From contig JALDZS010000026.1 of assembly GCA_022813965.1 (NCBI GenBank), positions 1-64,000 of the forward strand: DNA of 64,000 nt, written 5' to 3'. The position numbers were made by a program, and so were the translations under genes. How positions within the stretch are numbered: the stretch's first letter is position 1; every line of letters starts with the position of its first letter. Of the stretch, positions 25,701 to 37,294 are shown piece by piece. Source of the DNA: Toensbergia leucococca (Eukaryota). The notes under the pieces were generated by a model that was given only the letters and a program-made list of their open reading frames with translations, ran no database searches and had not been told where the DNA came from.

Positions 25701-26174
25701 CTCCCTATGGCGAGTACACAAATCTTGCCTCACGAACTTGCGCTCGCAGTCTGGAAAATCACACACATAGATTTGCTTTGGCGAATCTGCATGATCCCGT
25801 AAATTAGCAGGGAGTCGAATAGGCGAGGAAAAGCACTCACGGTTTAATTGATGGCGATAAAGGTGTTCTGCCCTGGAATAACTCTTGCCACAATCGTGAT
25901 GGGGACATTCATATTTACTATCCAGCCCCTTCCTGCTACGTTTTCGTTTCCGAGGTTTTCCACTTGCGGTTGTCTCCAACCCATTCTCTTTCTCAGCATC
26001 ACTGCCCTTGTCTGTTTTATCGAGCTTGACGAGCTCTTCCTCTTGAGAACGACCCCTGGAGGTGTCTAGGTCATTCTGCGATTGATCTGATATGGAGGAC
26101 GGAGGGCTTTTGTACAGAGATTCATTTTTGATTGGCAGGACAACATTAGTCGAGCTGGTGCGAAGAGGGCTCAT
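22788..26174 (-). CDS. Transcription factor with two N-terminal C2H2 zinc fingers and a fungal-specific TF (middle homology) domain
   Basis: NLS KPRKRKRSRK, YECPHHDCGKSYSRAEHLYRHQLNH and YVCDFPDCERKFVRQDLCTRHRERH fingers, YWYHFHPQMPILHEPTF, EATRRVAFAAF, LPLPCDESLW. One in-frame 54-nt intron, 25787-25840. Confidence 0.92.
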   Translation of the reverse strand: MSPLRTSSTNVVLPIKNESLYKSPPSSISDQSQNDLDTSRGRSQEEELVKLDKTDKGSDAEKENGLETTASGKPRKRKRSRKGLDSKYECPHHDCGKSYSRAEHLYRHQLNRECFSSPIRLPANLRDHADSPKQIYVCDFPDCERKFVRQDLCTRHRERHTNNRGSQLQRKENYVPNSGGSALSSPVPSNPDHSTSSYRPSSSHASVTSGSRQMNSAPHFPPLEIPVIPARSPLPGHVMQSQQLRPKDLTPLETRLKSPGSYGTPQSSEYSSTTRLDRISSDGHYYSGPTPPGYDSSNRLRTTPVSTFDPHQRHASFGAVNTIRSQKGSDMDQRSSRPSTQSLTSPAMYRVSPTTSYATQHPYGYVPQPHMQNGSGNGAFIPHQDFPAMSALPPPVYAPITQPSPRGAQPSYTTNPSGFGSVVTPLNMEIPGPTLMDSQYIDQNKALYSTPVFGGEGYSFSRSPFAMADDFAAWLLNDSHYVEASPDHRRGSRSFGSTAFMESPSAMSGAEDGATNGHYGQSMPPQHPMDVNSILDSTVQHTILSEEKRQKLLKIIEHRFNETDHAPVMKQKEALLDGDPNVETHVMSLQSLRTYIGSYWYHFHPQMPILHEPTFVADKAQNLLLIAIIAIGASCLDKMHGYEVTKAGADLSNFLAWHLRWEILKDKDFRPPAELWVFQALLLLEVYEKMYSTRVLHERAHIHHGTTLTLMRRGSSLIGRSLGQSPADLYPNIKADRFGSGTDGAITPDQWWNNWITNEATRRVAFAAFITDSIHTTMFGHTAVMVAHEMRLPLPCDESLWSATSGADVGRMEASLEAAGVKPLSFYDGLRKTLKNQPVQTNSFGRTAIMAGLLNVSWHMHQRDLQVRNLGALKAFNGKDVWRGSLTRAFDTWKTDFDEHTLKDVNTMPRFYQPPGKLDEENLFESKTVLHHLAHMAMHVDIVDCQIFAKANQLLGRTITQHDYATAQRRIREHWAPKPSARDATWYALKFLAQVLVPDSANVRHNSSVVGMSGSTDYSARDDFLLNRPWVLYFAALVVWSYGYALDGPIRSPPILNTPEEQTYDMRMFLRRVGGVDSPENLTAMHDRNACMGMLLLLRDKFKECRWELLHESANLLTNCIEMLKGTS

Positions 26175-27300
26175 GACTGCATTCCACGGCCTTGCAAGGG
26201 TATAGGTGGTGATTAGATCTAGTGGCTCTCGGACTGTGACACTGGCTAGAAGTTTTACGGCGATTGCTTCACATCTTGGCCGAGGAGGTGGCCTTCATAT
26301 AGTCTTGTTCGCAAAGGGGTTTCTCACTCTGGACTCCCAACTACCTAAGGTGGCGGATATAAACATGGACAGGCTGAGGGCTGAGAAAGTGCTGATGAAG
26401 CAAAACGAGCATGTAACGGTTGGCATGGGTGTGGAGCTTGGGCGAATTGGCAGGTTGGCAGAATTGGTGGTATGGGTCCTTGTGGTAAGGATCGGATGTA
26501 TCGTGGGCGGTTCCGCGGGTAACGGGGGGAGGGTAGTCGTAGATTTGGAGCGTATGCCGGAGCAAGCGAGCAGTTTCAAGCGTCTGTCATCCCCCACCAG
26601 CACTTATATCGACGAAAGAGGACCAAGTAGAGGCAGCGACGTTGGCACAAAGGTCGGCGCAAAGATGCTGACTCGAGCGGGTGGGGCATCAGGAAGAAAA
26701 CTAAGTGAACTAACTCTGGGGAAGTCCCATGCAGCGCACAGACTGGATCTTGGCCACTTAGCCGAGCCATTCTGAGCCACCACGCCAGACGTGCATCTTA
26801 CGCATGCCGACATTGAGATGCGCAAACTGCTTATAATATTCCAACTGGACGTCTGAGAGTCCGAGAGGGTCAGAGAGCCAACACCAAAAATTCTACAGTA
26901 GGACAATGCTACCGTGAGCATGCTTAGTGTCGACGCCTCACTACCGCATTTCCCCATCCTCTCGAATCCCGTCCGTCACCCTTCTGGAACGCGTACCGTG
27001 GCGTGATCAATTTGTATTAGGTATCACGGAATAGCTTTTCCACCAAGAGAGCCTCTGACCACTATTTCGCTTCCTTGTATGTTGACACGCAAGCAGCGAA
27101 GAAAGAAGTTGAGCACGAAAATGATATCAGGCCAAGATTCAACGGCATTCTAATGTGACAACGGCCGTCAATGGAATTTTCCGCCAGTGGGAAAATAGAA
27201 GCAAGCAAGGTACCTTCAACGCACATGGCGCGTTGGTCTCGCTTCACCACGCTTTCTGACTCACTGCATTGCATCCACGCCACGACACTGATATCCTACT

Positions 27301-28110
27301 CTAGCCCACATTCAACTTCCCCTTCAAACCCGTCCTCCTCCCTAGAACCCGACTGCTCCCCACCTCCTTTCTAAATTGCTCCCAACTCCTCTCCCTCTCA
27401 TTCCAATCACTCATTTGCGCTAAGAAAAAATCCCACGTTTTGTTCTCTTGCCTCAACGCTTCCGATTCATTGCTGCATTTAGTCATGTAGATTCTCCGCG
27501 CACGAGCGTCCGCTGCTGCCTCGGGACCCACAAGCTCAGGATCTTCGAGGGGCGATGATGACCCAATCTCAAACTCTGCATCGTTTCCTTTATAGCCGGT
27601 CTCTTCTGTCATCTCGGCGCTGCTGAGCAATGAACCGCGCATAGGTGTCTGTATTGCAGCTGCAAGAGCACTAGCCTCTTCCTCCACATTGGCCATGGTG
27701 GCACGACGGTGGGCAACATTCTGATAAAGACGAGCTTGGTGGCCGTTGCTGGCAGAATTCCACTCGCTGATATTGAAGCTGTGATTTCTCAGATTGCTGA
27801 CGTTTCCTGTGGAAATCCCACGGCGGAAGCCAGGAGCGTAGTAGTGCGAAGATGGGAGGGCTGGCAGGGGAGAGCTGACGTTGCAGCGAGATTGAGGGTG
27901 GGATGAATGATAGGATGGTGCCTGGAAAGAGGCTGGGGTCAATCAGATGGTAGGATACGCGGGAGGACAACTTACCTCGGAGATGTAAGAGGGGGCTGAA
28001 GAACGAATAGAGACTGTTTCTGGATCACGAGTGTACGGGGGAAGTGGATCGGGATTCCCAGGGGTCCTGGCAAGGAGGGTGGGAGGCATGGTGGCTGAAT
28101 TGGAAAACAT
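27301..28110 (-). CDS. Conserved-looking hypothetical fungal protein (2 exons; start 28110 or 28089)
   Basis: GTAAGT...CAG intron 27922-27975 joins SIRSSAPSYISE to APSYHS. C-terminal LEDPELVG...KTWDFFLAQMSDWNERERSWEQFRKE looks like a conserved Pezizomycotina motif (recognition only). Confidence 0.7.
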
Positions 28111-28862
28111 GCTTGAAATCCGAACTATTGATGTGTCGAATACGAGCACCAAGCTGCGGGCAATCCCCCAAGCTTATTTCTTCAACCTCGATGAATCACC
28201 GGATCGTGAACATACCCACGTGGTCGTGATCGGTAGAACACCGTAACAACGTTGACACCTTAACATCAACAGAAATAAGTAAAACAAAGCACCCGTCTCA
28301 AGATTCCAATTTATCAAAAAGAAAAAAAAAAGTCCCGCTGTCACGTCACGGGCAAAAAGGACCATCTAGTTTTCTGAGAGCCCCCCAATTGGAGGATCTC
28401 TCCAACAACACCCGATGCGGGGCTTATCGAGCTTACATGCACCATATCGAGGCCTAAGCCCCACCTACAGCCCCCGGGCCACGATTCAAAAAACCCCACC
28501 TCCCCCCTCCCTCGGCTCAAAAGTGGGGGTCCATCCCCACTAAGACACCTTAGTAATGTCCTTGTCATCAACATACCTCAAGCATCCCCAAACCTCCCTC
28601 GCCCCTTCACGCCCAGAAAAGTGAAAAATAGAAAGAACCTTTTCTGTACTTGGGGCGTGCGTGTAAGCCGTGAACGCAATACGAAAAGGGGGTCGAGTTG
28701 TTGGTTTGAGGGGGTTTGGGCAGGATCCTCATGTTTTCTATTGGGTTTTTGTGCAAATTGGAAATTTTTTTGTTTCTTTGTTTTCTTTTCAGGGGTGGGT
28801 GGGGGGCGAGGGGAATTTGGAACTGGGGTCGTTATTCTAGGCTTTGTTTGTGTTAGGTGAGC

Positions 28863-28879
28863 AGAGAGAGAGAGAGAGA
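28863..28879. repeat. (AG)n microsatellite
   Basis: agagagagagagagaga. Confidence 0.9.
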
Positions 28880-29498
28880 CAAAAGTTAGGCTCAATAGTA
28901 CCATGGAATCCTGAAACCCCATCCATGAACAATGATCGTCTCTGACTTTCAAGGATTATCATGAGCTTACCCCGACCCCCAGGGATCATCAACAAGCCTT
29001 GTTGGACTATGAAAACCAGAATGATAAACCTGCATCACTCGTTTACGAGTACATGCGGAAGTTCTTACGGATACCATCAAGAAGAAACCCTCACTCATTA
29101 GTAGCTGCCCGTGAAAACAAATCCAAATCTAGATGACCGCAATCATCACAATGGCACCTTTTGCAGATGGTTATTCGGGGCTGTGGTCACCATAACACTT
29201 CAAGCTAGCCATCCGGAACGGTTTTCTTCAACAGCAACCTTGGCAAAGCCTCGGGAAAAAAGGCGAATCCTATTTTGTCCCGCTTAACATCTACCAGAGA
29301 AGTTATAATACAAAGACCATGGAGTCATTATGAGCAATTGAGAGAAAGCGGAAAGTACACGTGTCTAGAAAAAGACTCGACCGCAGTTTCGACATAATAA
29401 GGGGCCCTGAAATGTATTAAATCGCACGTATTTGATAACCTGCCAAATCCTTAATAACAAATTTAACACCCTCGTCACCGAAGTGACTTGCTCTTACC

Positions 29499-31823
29499 CT
29501 ACTTAGCACCGTATGCCTGGTCAACCTGCTTCTGATACTTTTTCAAGATACCCCTTCGGTTGACCTTCTGCGCTGATGTAGTCATGCCCTACAAGTATCG
29601 TCAGTAATCAGCTAAGTCGGGGTAACATTGGGAGAATGTGCTCACGTTTTGTGGGTTCCACTCCTCGTCAGCCATGACAACGCCATCGATAATCTCAATC
29701 CCGCTTAGTCCGCCTTGCTTGCCAGCCGCTTGTAGTTCTTTCAATACGATAACGTTCAACTTTTGATTGTGAACTAAATCCCCAATGCCGTGGCCTTCGA
29801 TGCCATTGCCATGTGCAAGACTCTTGAGAGCAGGCTCAGCGGGAACAATGATAGCGATGGGTTTCGCTCGGTCAGTAGCAGCATATACACAAATGTTAGC
29901 GACAATTGTGGCAGAGCGGTATATTGATTCTAGCTGTGCACGTTTAGTCTCTATCATAACAAACATGCCCATGATCCCGGCTGAAGGACAAACCTTTTCA
30001 AGAGCGATGTATTCGCCATTCAGGGTCTTGACAAGATTCTTCTTTCTGTCGATGATTCTAAGATGCCCGTTCTTATCCCATTCCCCAATGTCACCAGTCT
30101 TGAACCACCCATCATCAGTGAGTGCTTCTTTCGTCTCCTTCTCGTTCATGTAGTAGCCATCCATGACACTATCCCCTCGGATCCATATCTCTCCCTGTGG
30201 TAGCTTGTTCGTGGCGTAATATCCAGCATCCGGGAAATCGACTAGCTTGATCTCAATGGAAGCTGGAATATCGCCAAGAGCTTCGTCAGTCCAATGGGCA
30301 GGATCAGTTATCGCACCCATGGCCGTGGTCTCGGTTAGCCCGTACCCTGAAACCATGGGACTGATGGCTAGAGAAATGAATCGCTGGGTGTCCTTGGCGA
30401 TAGGTCCACCTCCGTTCATGCAGATTTTGAGTCGTCCCCCGGTAGCCTCTTTGATCTTTTTAAAGACTACAGCGTCCAAAATTGCTGTCCCTGGTAGACC
30501 TGATGTCATGAGAAAGCTTTTAGTAGCAAGAGCACTCCAGAAAAGGTTCTTCACAACGAAACTACTGTCATTCACTCTAGCGACAATCCCTTTCTTGACC
30601 GTTTCCCAGACTGCTGGTACGCCGACCAAGCAGCTGGGCCTAAATTCGCGGATATCGCCCTTACAATTGCGAACTGAGGCATCAGACACTGTTTTCGGAC
30701 TGCCATAGCCCATAGTACCGCCCCAATACAAGCATGCAGTCTCGAAAACAAATTCCAGAATATGGGCGAGCGGAAGATAGGTCAGCATCCCGTCACCAGG
30801 TCCAATATACTGGCCAACGATAGCAGTGACACCAGCGACTATGGAATAGTCAGTCTCTGCATACATAAGAAGATGCAATGGACGCGAGCTTACTGGAAGC
30901 AAGGACGTTCTTGTGCTTCAACGGGACACCCTTGGGCGTACCTGTTGAGCCAGACGTATACATAATACAGCATAGGTCTTCTCGTCCAGGTGGCACAGGG
31001 TCCACAAGGTTGTCTTCACCAAGCTTACGTAAATCTTCGAAGCTTAGTATGGTAAGGTGCTCATGAGCGGCCTTGAGTTTATCGATATTCTCTTGTTTTA
31101 CGTCGTCAGCGTTGTTGTATATTACGTATTTGATTTCTTTGGCATCTTTCAACGGGGCGATCAGTGTTGGCAACAGATGCGGGTCGCAGTAGATGGCTTT
31201 TGCTTCTGTCTGGACTAAGGAATGCTTGAGCCCTTCTTCGCCCAATGTATCATAGGCAGTGGCGATAGGCATGGACTGTGAGGTTGCTCCATGAGACATA
31301 GCCAGCCAGTGAGGACTGTAGGTTTTGGACGTGAGCTTAACCACCAGCTACAATGCTGCAAGTATGGTGTGGGAAAGCTATACCTGGTAGCAGCAAATAT
31401 GTGCAATCTATCATCTTTGACCATGCCAATCTTCCGCAAGCCAGCGCCAACTTGAAGGACCAGTCTCTCGTATTCTACGAAGCTGATGTAGGTATATCCG
31501 CTTAGCTCGTAGTATGTCCAGACCTTATCCATTTCCTTGGTTTGGCCATCAACGACCTTCTTGATCTTCTTAGTCTCATGATGGATCTTGATTATCCGCC
31601 TCGTGCCTAAAGCTTTGGCATTGCCAAACTTGTCTGCCCCACGCTTGATGATGTCAAAGATGGTAGTCACATCTTCGGAAGGGGTGGTAATGAGCTTGTC
31701 TTTGTAGGCAGGGTTTCTCCTAGGAATTGTCTCCCCTTTCACAGGTTGATAGCCGGGTGCGTCAACGCTGAAGGGTGGGCTTTCGGAGAATCGTGGATAC
31801 AGGGTCTGTTTCTGCTTGGACAT
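29499..31823 (-). CDS. FAA1: Long-chain fatty-acid-CoA ligase (Faa1/Faa4/FaaA type; 5 exons)
   Basis: IMYTSGSTGTPKGV AMP-binding motif, YLPLAHILE, GYGLTET, DGWFKTGDIG, IIDRKKNLVKTLNGEYIALEKLES, GMTTSAQKVNR. Introns include an in-frame 60-nt one at 29934-29993. Confidence 0.95.
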
Positions 31824-32432
31824 GTTGGTGTTTTGGTGTGCTATTTTTGAGGGTGACTTATGAGTCTGGAGTGAGTCTTGTGTTAAATAGTATGATTCTT
31901 AGGAGCAGAGGATGGTTGAGATGTTGAGTTGCATCTAAGTGCTTAGGTACGAGGTACAACAACCTCAAGCTACCTACCTACCTATTTGCCTCACTGACCT
32001 CACAGGCCGAATTTCTACGTCAGCATCTTGCGAGCGAGCACGCACTTCTTACACTAAATATGCTGCCATCATTTTGCACGACAATTACTATTTGCTACCA
32101 AGTGTGCATCATATCTCATTACAATACCTTTCTTGGGAGTGAAGTGTCTGTTTAACTAGGCACCAGTCATTATTCTATTGAGGCTGCTGACTCGCAAATT
32201 CAGCCACGGCTTTCTTGCCCGGTGCCCGACTCAATGAAGCCATGCCATTGGAAGTCGATCCTTCAAACCTTGTTCGTGCGGTGGGAAGGTCGTGACTCCC
32301 CAAGACATTTTAGATTGGAAATCACAAGACTATTTTATTATTTGATTACTCGTAGAGTTCTGTCAGTCTGCTCTAGCTTCAGGATACGCGCTTAGAATAC
32401 GAGGCATTACGAATACATTAGGCGTCAATGTT

Positions 32433-33455
32433 ATGCTTGAAATACTAGGGGACGAGATACAAGACCCCGAGGAAGGTACAAGGCAGTATGAATCTGCGTC
32501 TTATCACGAAGGCTGACGATCATTATGATCAGAGGTATTCCTTCTGTTTTCTCAAGATATTCCATCACAGAATCTTGGCTTTGTTGATTCGAAGGCTACA
32601 TCAGTCCAGATCACAGTCAATGGTAAAGATTTAGACATCGAACAATCACCTACGCTACTGACCTCTACCAGACCTGGGGGCACTACTGGTGCCGGTAAGC
32701 TATGCCCCAGTTGCAGTTCTGGCTTGATTGGTTGGTGCTGAGGTGGACCTCCAACAGTCCTATGGAAGATAACCCCATTAATTGCGGAATGGATCTCTTC
32801 TCCGAAGAATCCCTTTTTTGAACATTTCATCTTAGATTCAAAGTCGATTGTACTTGAGCTTGGATGCGGTACATCCGGTGTTCTTGGCCTCGCCTTGGCT
32901 CCCAAAGTTAAGAGATACATTGCCACTGATCAGGATTATGTGTTCAAGATCCTGCGACAGAATTTAGAGAGAAATGCCCCACCTTCGACAATCCCCTCCA
33001 CCGCGATGAGTAATAGTAAGCAAAGGCAGAAAGGCAAGGCATCACTTGCCTCGCAACTATATCAATATGGCAACATAGATGTCATTGCGCTTGACTGGGA
33101 ATTGAGCTCGGTGTCTTCGTTGCCTGATCTGCTTGGAGACTGTGATACAGGAACATTGAGCACAGTTGATGGAGTCCTCGCCTGTGACTGTATTTACAAC
33201 GAGTCCCTCATCGACCCCCTGGTACAAACCTGCATTGACATATGCCGCCTGCGCTCCACAAGTCTTGCTCAAAATCCTACAGTATGCATCATAGCCCAAC
33301 AACTTCGCTCTTCTGAGATATTCGAAGCTTGGCTGTCAGCATTCACCAAGTCGTTCCGAGTCTGGAGAGTTCAAGATGATTTGTTGAGTGCAGATCTGAA
33401 GCAAGGTTCTGGTTTTGTAATACATTGTGGGCTCTTGCGTGAGACCGCTCTCTGA
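32433..33455 (+). CDS. RKM5: Seven-beta-strand protein lysine methyltransferase, Rkm5-like (3 exons)
   Basis: DPEEEVFLLFSQDIPSQNLGFVD, QSPTLLTSTRPGGTTGAVLWK, VLELGCGTSG (SAM motif I), ATDQ, LACDCIYNESL, QQLRS. Confidence 0.8.
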
Positions 33456-33870
33456 ATATCTCAGTCTAAAGTGTAACTACAAGCTTCTCCGCTCTCTCTG
33501 GCGTGTTTAGATGCACTTTCGACAGCGCTCATCATTTGGAACACAACATCTTTTCTGATGGCTCAAAATTTGAGTCTAGCTGCTAGACAGCACAAGACCG
33601 AGTCCAGGCGCCGAAAATGTCCATTGACAAATCGAATAAAAGAGGTCGCGACGGAGCCTCAGCATGAAACCCACCGAAATCGGGTGTAATGGGGGATGAT
33701 GCAGCACATGTAAGATGCAACGACACCCAAGTCCTTTATCATCACTTCCTACCGAAACTTTGCCATCACCGACGGCGTTTTCTGAAGTTGGAAGATTTTG
33801 AATCGAAATGAATCAAGTTTCTGGACGGATGAGTAAGTATATTTTCACCATTTCCTCCATCTGGTAGATA

Positions 33871-34405
33871 TCACTCCCTCCTGTAAAAGCTTGCCTTTGG
33901 GCCTAGAATCCACATCATGATAGAACCTAGCTTTCCGTCGGATGGTCGGAGGAATAGTGGTCGCCCAGCGCTGTCATAATTAATTGGATACCCATGTCCA
34001 ATACGTCCAAGCGGCTGATTGTCTAACAGCTTTTTCGATCTTTTTCCCTTCGCGGAAGTATGACTTCTAGCTTGATGAAGCTCAGACTGTTCATACAAGC
34101 TCTCTCCATCATCCTCTGATTGCTGAATCGGAAGCAGTTGCCGCGCTAATTCCCGATCTCGTCGTCGCAACTCCTGAAGGTAATTCAGTAGCCGAGCTGC
34201 AGAGGAATTATTACTTAGCACTTACATCTTCTTCCCGGTCTCTTTTCTCAAATTTCTCATGCCAACATGCATCTTCAGCGGCTCGCTTCCTTTTAAGTTC
34301 CTTATCCTCCTGTAAACGTTGCTGGTGAAGAGCCCTCCATTCTGAGAGAAACCTCTCTCCAAGTCTCTCAATTTCCTGGAGATTCCGAGTTATGCTGTTG
34401 TCCAT
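33871..34405 (-). CDS. Hypothetical protein with N-terminal coiled coil (orphan-like; at least 2 exons)
   Basis: A canonical GTAAGT...CTGAA...CAG intron (34174-34225) joins ORFs 34211..34405 and 33871..34221 in frame. E/R/K-rich helical N-terminus. The 3' end is uncertain. Confidence 0.55.
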
Positions 34406-35145
34406 AATGATAGGTCGTCCCTAAGATTCAAGAAAGACAATTAAAGAATGGCGGCAACAAGGTACTGCTGTTTGTCTAGGTCTGAAAGCTGCGATAGCAC
34501 CTGTTGATGTAAGAATTTGATCTTAAAGCCCAACGACGGGAACTTTGGGTGTGGACATGATTCTAAGGATAGACAGGTAAGCTTGAAGACATGAAGGCCT
34601 GCTGATATAAAGCCATGAGGTAGAGAGCACTGAGTCTCCAGCTTCATCAATTTGAGGTATGAGTGCAAGAATCCTCTTAATGCTCAAAACTGGTAAAAGT
34701 TCGGAGCAGTCTCTTGAAATACGAGAATATATAAGGTTGTAAGATGTCAATTCACTCAGATCTGAATTGATATGTATATTCACCACCTTTTGCAGCTGAG
34801 GTAATCAAATTGTTGTTTGCTCTTTTAATTTTTATTGTTACCAGATAGGCAACACGGGGGACCGGATGATTTTTTAAATTTAAAATGATTCTGGTAAGAG
34901 AGTATGAACATTCATTTGCTATCAACCGCTTCTCACTTCGTATTGGAGTCTGAAAGGTACTGATCATACTATGATGTGCCATGTACGAACCAGCTTTCTA
35001 AAAAGAAACGGGTATTCTTCCTTCCCTTATCACGAAAAAGCATACATTTCATTCATAAAGCATACCGTTTTCGCTGCAAGTGAGCATGGAAAGACTTTCG
35101 CAACTGTTCGCAAGTATACTGTGACCTTCCCAGTCTCGAAGCTCT

Positions 35146-36336
35146 TCACCTGGGGGAATGGCTGAGGCGGATCAAAGATGTCTTGTCCTCCAGTTTCAAG
35201 CAGACGGTTGTCTCTGACTTACTCTCATTCGTAGTCTTACAGACCACCTTGCCGTCCGCATTTCTCTCCAAAGCCTCCGTGACCTTTCCCATGAGGCCTT
35301 CCGCCCACGTAAGAAAACGCGAAGTCCGCAGAACAACCTCGGACGTCAGAGTCAACTTCGAGATGGATTTGGCCATACTTGAAGTTGATAAAGTGGTCTC
35401 GAGGATTGTGGGTTGCCAGGTATAGAGACGACACCCCCAGACTGTCAAGCTGAGCTCGAGTAGTTCGAGCTGTGCTTCTGCGCGTATGAAGTTTTCTAGG
35501 AAGTTTGATGCGCGCACGTCGATCACAAAGCGGAAATAAGTGTGTCCCATCTAGTAAATTTATCAAAGCGTTTGGAATAGCTGGGGTTGACGGATTGATA
35601 CGCTGGGATGGAAATTGGTATTCTTAGACGGCGAACCCATCTGAGATATCGCAAGGGGAGATAAAGTTGCCCGCCCATGGGAATGCCATGAACGAAGGTG
35701 TTTTTTGCATACAGAACCGGGCTTGCCTCTGCATGAAGGAGTTTGCAAGTTCGAGCGATGGCCGGATGAAGTTCTTTGATGGCTGGACATCTGAACTCTG
35801 CCACATCATCCCGAGGTGTATATTGCTGGGAATCCTGCGTAAGCTGGATGTCAGTGGGGGCGACCAAAAGGTGTTCGTATATCATGTTGCGAAGCTCGGC
35901 GGGCAGATGTAGAAATAGTGGGATCTTCTTCTTGTCCCGACTGCGCGGCTTGAATGACTTTTGCCCTTTTTTTCCTGCTGATGCTTTGATCTCCGCGATC
36001 GGTTCATCAGCTTGTCGATATCTTGGAGCGACTGCTCTCTTTGAGCCAGCCTTTGAAGATAGACTCTCCGTTGGCGGCTTCTTGCCTATCTTGTTGGACG
36101 GTCAGCTAGACTAGTGAAGAAAGGTCACTGCTCACCTCTGAGGTGACTCGGGTGTTTGATGCCACTGACAATAATTGTGTGGCATGGCTGGATATGCCGA
36201 CTTTCTTGCTCGGGTTGCCCTTGGTAACCTTGGGATTGGTGGTTATTCTGGCTGGTCTACATCTCTTCTTCTGTGACCGAGTAGTGCTCCTTGTTGATGG
36301 ACGCGACTCGGCCGATATGGGTTTCTTCGGAGCCAT
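35146..36336 (-). CDS. Hypothetical protein with basic N-terminus and F-box-like FLHLPAELRNMIYEHLL motif; possibly a pseudogene
   Basis: Intron 36090-36135 (GTGAGC...GCTGAC...AAG) links MAPKK... to IGKKPP...PLFLHLPAELRNMIYEHLLV...PAIARTCKLLHAEASPVLYAKNTF, a typical fungal F-box-like pattern. That frame stops at 35523; a second frame continues to 35146. Confidence 0.55.
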
Positions 36337-37294
36337 TCTAGGGAGCTAGTAGAGCAAAGGCTACAAAGCTGGTAGCGGCGGGAAGGTCAGCGTGTTTCGG
36401 TTTGCCGTGTTTCTCAAAAGTCACAGGTGTCTAGAGTGACGACACCAACCTCGACTCTCAAGGCAACGCCAGTCCTTGATACAGAATTTTCACTCAATTT
36501 GATTCTGTTGCAAAATTCACCCGCGGAACATCAGACTTCAAGCTTTCAATCGGTGCTGAATCGTCACTTTCACCAGACGTTACGTGTGTTGTTTTGAATT
36601 CTCAAGACAATTGACAATTTAGATCGCAGTCCTCGAGTGGAGGTAAGAACCACTCAGGTTTACAGCATCTCAGATCAATCTGATATGTTTTGATGTGTAT
36701 AATCACTTGGAATCCTGTTAAACCGAGTCCAAATACTCGTACTTTCCAGGTAACTCATGGCAGCGAACGAAGGGAGTGGCAACCTCGAATAGGTTATTCT
36801 AGATCTATCTACTAGCTCTCTCTCGCTGCATCCCTATCGAGTGGCATCCTCGCGATGGGACTCTTTTATCTGGAATGTACGAGTACTATTTGCTCTTATT
36901 CACAGGCTTGAGTCGAGATCTAGCCATGGCGAACGACCTCGACAATTCTCTCTAAAATTTATATCCTTCCCACTGGCTGAAGAACGCTTAATACGCAATC
37001 CTTGGAGCGTCGATAAGATAGATTACTGCCTCTTCAACCAAAGACTCAATTTTGCAGGAGGAAAAAGCCGCAGCTAATCCATACGCCCACGCTGAAGTCC
37101 ACCCTGAACTGTTTTTTTGGATTCGAGGTAGGAGAACGATTGAAAAGGAGTAAGAAATATGTCAGACCTGCGTGGGCCTAAATTACTTGGAGTGGATTTA
37201 CATATAAGAAGTCTTGGAAGCCTCCACTGAAGAACGAGGTACATTGATCTACTTACCCCCTTTCTCGATCTCACCTACATCCACAGAACCCTCC

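Noticed and set aside
26206..26957. 189-aa + strand ORF and short minus ORFs upstream of the C2H2 factor
   Set aside because: No protein-like features; more likely promoter or 5' UTR.
29934..29993. In-frame stop-free 60-nt intron in the acyl-CoA ligase
   Set aside because: It interrupts the conserved EYIALEKLES motif, so retention would probably be inactive; short 3n stop-free introns also occur by chance.
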